Shown in pieces: positions 60,101-64,000 of a stretch of 64,000 nt of DNA (position 1 is the stretch's first letter; each line of letters starts with the position of its first letter). The notes beneath the pieces were generated by a model. It was not told the DNA's origin and did not search any database. It saw only the letters and a program-made list of their open reading frames with translations. The translations under genes and the position numbers were made by a program. This DNA is from Bugula neritina (Eukaryota > Animalia > Bryozoa), in the NCBI GenBank assembly GCA_964035545.1, contig OZ037769.1:14538633-14602632 (forward strand). Reading direction: 5' to 3'.

Positions 60101-62416
60101 ACTGCTACTTTTAGTTTAGGGAATTCGTTTTCATTATTAGTTCAATATTCAGCAGAGGTTTTTCTTTAATGAACAAACAATAGGCATACATGCAGATGAA
60201 AGATTAGGTCTAGTGAATACTAATTTTGTGCCTAACAAAAAAAAAATGAAAGATTGCATGAAAAATTAACAACTCTAAAAACTTGCAATTTGAATGAGGC
60301 TCAGGCTTTTAGGTGAGCAAGGGTAACCAGAAGAGCTACTTTAATGGAAGAAATTACTGACTCATTGTGTAGTTGCAGGCTGCATGATGCGTTTTGATTC
60401 TCACAACCACTTTTGAAAAGGGAAAATCCATTAAATTAAGACTACTGGCAAACAACAGAACGATAAGGAAAAAATACCAAGTAGAAATTCACTTCTCAAA
60501 GCAAACTGTAGTTAATACATTATAGATGCTTAGAAGAAGCAGGCAATAGTGAATGCTATATAGTGTAGATCAGGATTCTATACAATGACAAGTAAACTGA
60601 AATTCCAGTGCACTTTGAAACTACTTGTAAGAATGGGCTTAGTGCTTTATAGTGCCTTGAAATTTTTTTAAGTCTAATTGGCACCATGCTATTAGAATTC
60701 GCAGAGAGATGACCCTTTAAACTTTCACTTTAAACTTTAATACCTTCACGATTTTCAGTAAGAAATTCAATTCATCTAGGTCTAAAATTTCACCGAGTTG
60801 CATTGCAAGCCGCTGGTCAAAATGTTTAGTTTGTGATAACTTAATCAGCTGATTTCAGAATAACAATCATTGGGAATGACATCTTCATGTAGATATAGAT
60901 ATTTATGCTTATAATTATATCGGCTGCCTTCATCAATCATCGATACTATGCTGCCAAATCAACTAATTAATTACAGTTGGAAACTTCAAAGGGCATTGAA
61001 TAGCAATTAAGCAAGTTATACTTTTAATATTACAAAAAGAACTTATGCATCAATATGATTTAAAATATAGGTGGGCACTCCGCTAGTGATATTAACTGAA
61101 ACTGGAACTTTTTTCATGCAAGAAAAGCAAAAACGCATCTCAACAGAAACCTAAAAATGTTCAGCACACTTTATGCTTTGGCAACACGCACACAATAACT
61201 TCGTTTATGGTACAAACCTTTTTGTTGATTGTTTTCCAAAATTTTCACTAGAGCAAAGCCGAAAGATATTTGGAAACTGCATAATGATGCCAGCCACCGT
61301 GGCATCATCTTCTCTGGAAAATTATTGACAAATCATCACCCAAAAACTTCAGCAAAGCCTCCATCAATAGTATGTAATACTTTAGGTGAAACTAAAAAGA
61401 AAGAGACAATATTTTCGTGTAATTTAACCCATCAATAAACGCATCAATAGTTAGTGTGGCCACGGTTTAAACCTCATTAATTTCATGCTATTTAAGGCTT
61501 TTACAACTTAAAAGATGTAATTCATCTGCAAGAGAAATGTTAGGTATATGAAATGAGTAGAAGTGCAAAAGCAAGCAGGTATTAAGGAAGGAAGAGTTAG
61601 TAGGTGTACTTTGACTTTCGATAAATCAATGTGATACCAGATGTGAATTTTGAGGTGTGTTTACTCCAATCTCACTGAAAAGGTAGAAATAGCTAGATTT
61701 ACGAGACACACAATATTTTATAAAATACTGCACATTCATTAAAACTTTATAAAACTCTAGTGTGAAGGGTGACTCACACTTTTAAACCGTAGATGAGCTA
61801 AGTTGTAAAAGTTTGATGAAAACCTTTTACTCTATAAATTTATGCAACAGCTACGAAGTTTTGTTGAAGATAAACTTCCTCAACAAATATACAGAAAAAA
61901 GCTATTTGAAAGCCAAATTTCATTAGCATATTATAAGATTATATTTGTGTTTTATCTTTATAAACAGTGATTTAGTCATTTAACGGATAACTAATGATTT
62001 CACTTTGTTTTTCATTCAATAAAAACTAAGTGTAGTTGGTATTAAAAACAGCTTTCATTTCTCACTTTTTTTCTCACCCTAATCTGCGTAGGCAAACAAT
62101 TGGTTTGTTTCAAACACCACAACAGTAAAGCGTGACAGCATAGCCAGTGGAGAAAACAATCATCTATACTGCTGGATTAGTGGCAACTTGTGAGTGTGTC
62201 AGAGTAGTGTCTTGTTGTGTGACTCTACAAATAAATTATGAATTTGAATATACTACAAAGTTGCAAACATTGTTTTAACAAAACACAGCATTTATTTGAT
62301 ATTATATGTAAAGCTCAAGTTGATATAATATATATTAAATAAATTTTAGCTTTCCTTTTGGATACTCTGAAACAAAATAAAAAAATAAACCAAAATTGGG
62401 TAAAGCCATGCAAACT

Positions 62417-62675
62417 AGAGAGAGAAAGGTTAGGAGAGAGGATGGAAGAGAGATGGGGTAGAAGAGAGAAAGGGAGAGAGTCAGAGAGATAGTGGAAAAG
62501 GGAAGAGAGAAAGGTTAGGAGAGAGAGAAGGTGGGAGAGACGGAGAGTGGGAGAGAGAGGGAGAAGGTGGGAGAGACAGAGGGTGGGAGAGAGGGAGGGT
62601 GGGAGAGAGGGAGAGAAAGAGAGAGAGGTTGAGTAGAAGGTGTGGGAAAAAGAGACAGAGAGAGGAGTGAGAGAG
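62417..62675. repeat. GA-rich polypurine low-complexity tract
   Basis: Imperfect (GA)n and GGGAGAGA repeats. Confidence 0.9.
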
Positions 62676-64000
62676 CTTCCAAACTAACACCATTGACTTA
62701 AAAAATGTTGATAAAAACTGCAGCAAGTCTTTAAAAACGATGCTAGCAAGTTCAAAGCTCACTATAACTTTCGAAATCAATAAAATGTCAAGTTCAAAAA
62801 ACTTATCTGCGAGCAAAAAATAGTTACAGAGACAACCAGGTATTGGGCAAGAGCCAGCTAATAGGAGTACCTTTTTAGGTAAACTGCATGCAGGCACAGT
62901 GAGATAGCATCGGTGCTAGTAATGCTAGTAATGAAAGTTTTCAGGGTTATTAAGGGTGCAATTTTATCACTAAACATCATAGCAATAGCAAAAATTGCTC
63001 AGTACAAACTTAGGAAAAATTTCTTTCATCCATTACATAATACCCGAAATCAAATCCATTTATTCAATTCATCAAGCCGAAAAACCAAGAATAATCAGAA
63101 AGACAGTAAAATCACTTTCTAGTAAAAAACAGCTTTAGATCATAATTGTTGGGTTCAGCTCTTAAGCTAAGACACCGATGCACTGAAATACGAAAAAGAT
63201 CAGCATACTTTTGACTGTCACAAAATTTATTTTACGCGCAACAGACATTTTAAGGTCACCCGCCACCCGCGCAGGACCACGTTGGTGAAAGGTGACCAGA
63301 TATTTTAAGGTCAATCAAAATCAAGCAAAGTTCATCGTCATATTGCTTACTGCTTAATGCTGCAGCTTATTTTTGCTTACCAAGTTTCTTTCTGCAGAAT
63401 AATTGTAGCTAGCTTCTCGATTTGCCATCTTTATTCCAGTCCAGGTTCAAATGACATCTTGATCGTTGCAAATATCCATGCAATCTAAAAAATATTTATC
63501 AACCAGTACAACAACAGAAATACTTACAATGATCCAAATATTACTATTACATTACTATAACATTACACAGTAACACTATGTTTATAACTGTAATACGGAA
63601 GCATGACTTTGTGGTAGTTTGATATGCTATAGCAAAAGGTAGAAAAATCAACTGAAAAACCGACAGAAATAATCAAGTACAATTAACTAAAGTAAATAAA
63701 CTTACTGAATAGTAAATATTTTACTATACTTAGTGAATTGATTTACTTCCACTAGGTTTACTTTCATGATTAAATGCTTCTGTCTATTTTCCAGTTTATA
63801 GGAATATATTAAAAGTGAAACCAATTATAATTACTATTACCTTATCTAGTTTTGACTATATATTTTTCACAAATATAAACATAGTTATATGCGTATTCCT
63901 ATTGTGACTGCAGATACCATTGCGGTAACTGAAATCAAACTTCATTCTACTTCAAGTTTCAAACATTGTCCTAGTTCAAAGACTAACAAGTGAATAATTA

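Noticed and set aside
62481-62897. 138-aa Leu/Ser/Pro-rich ORF
   Set aside because: Largely a translation of the GA-rich low-complexity tract.

Overview
AT-rich, intron-containing animal genomic DNA, probably from an invertebrate; the organism cannot be fixed from sequence alone. From left to right: (1) the 3' part of a CLCA-family gene (+, 758-10089) with no VWA domain, a degenerate HExxH motif and a mucin stalk; (2) a PAN/apple plus F-type lectin gene (-, 11376-14948) with at least two frameshifts; (3) six tandem C2H2 zinc-finger paralogues (-, 19.8-58.5 kb), three intact and three disabled; (4) inside that cluster, on the + strand, a 13-coding-exon gene (37389-50990) that I spliced by hand into an uninterrupted ORF of about 1270 aa. 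It encodes an N-myristoylation motif, LRRs, a Roc GTPase, COR and a caspase. Three of its LRR exons are 144-nt symmetric-phase cassettes that vary at ligand-facing positions, and its caspase has a non-canonical S1 pocket. This looks like a single-chain receptor-switch-protease and is the main finding. Also present: a deleted Gypsy-type LTR element in that gene's intron, non-autonomous DNA transposons, tRNA-derived SINEs, and mini- and microsatellites. All exon models were read manually from GT-AG boundaries and reading phase; no database searches were run.
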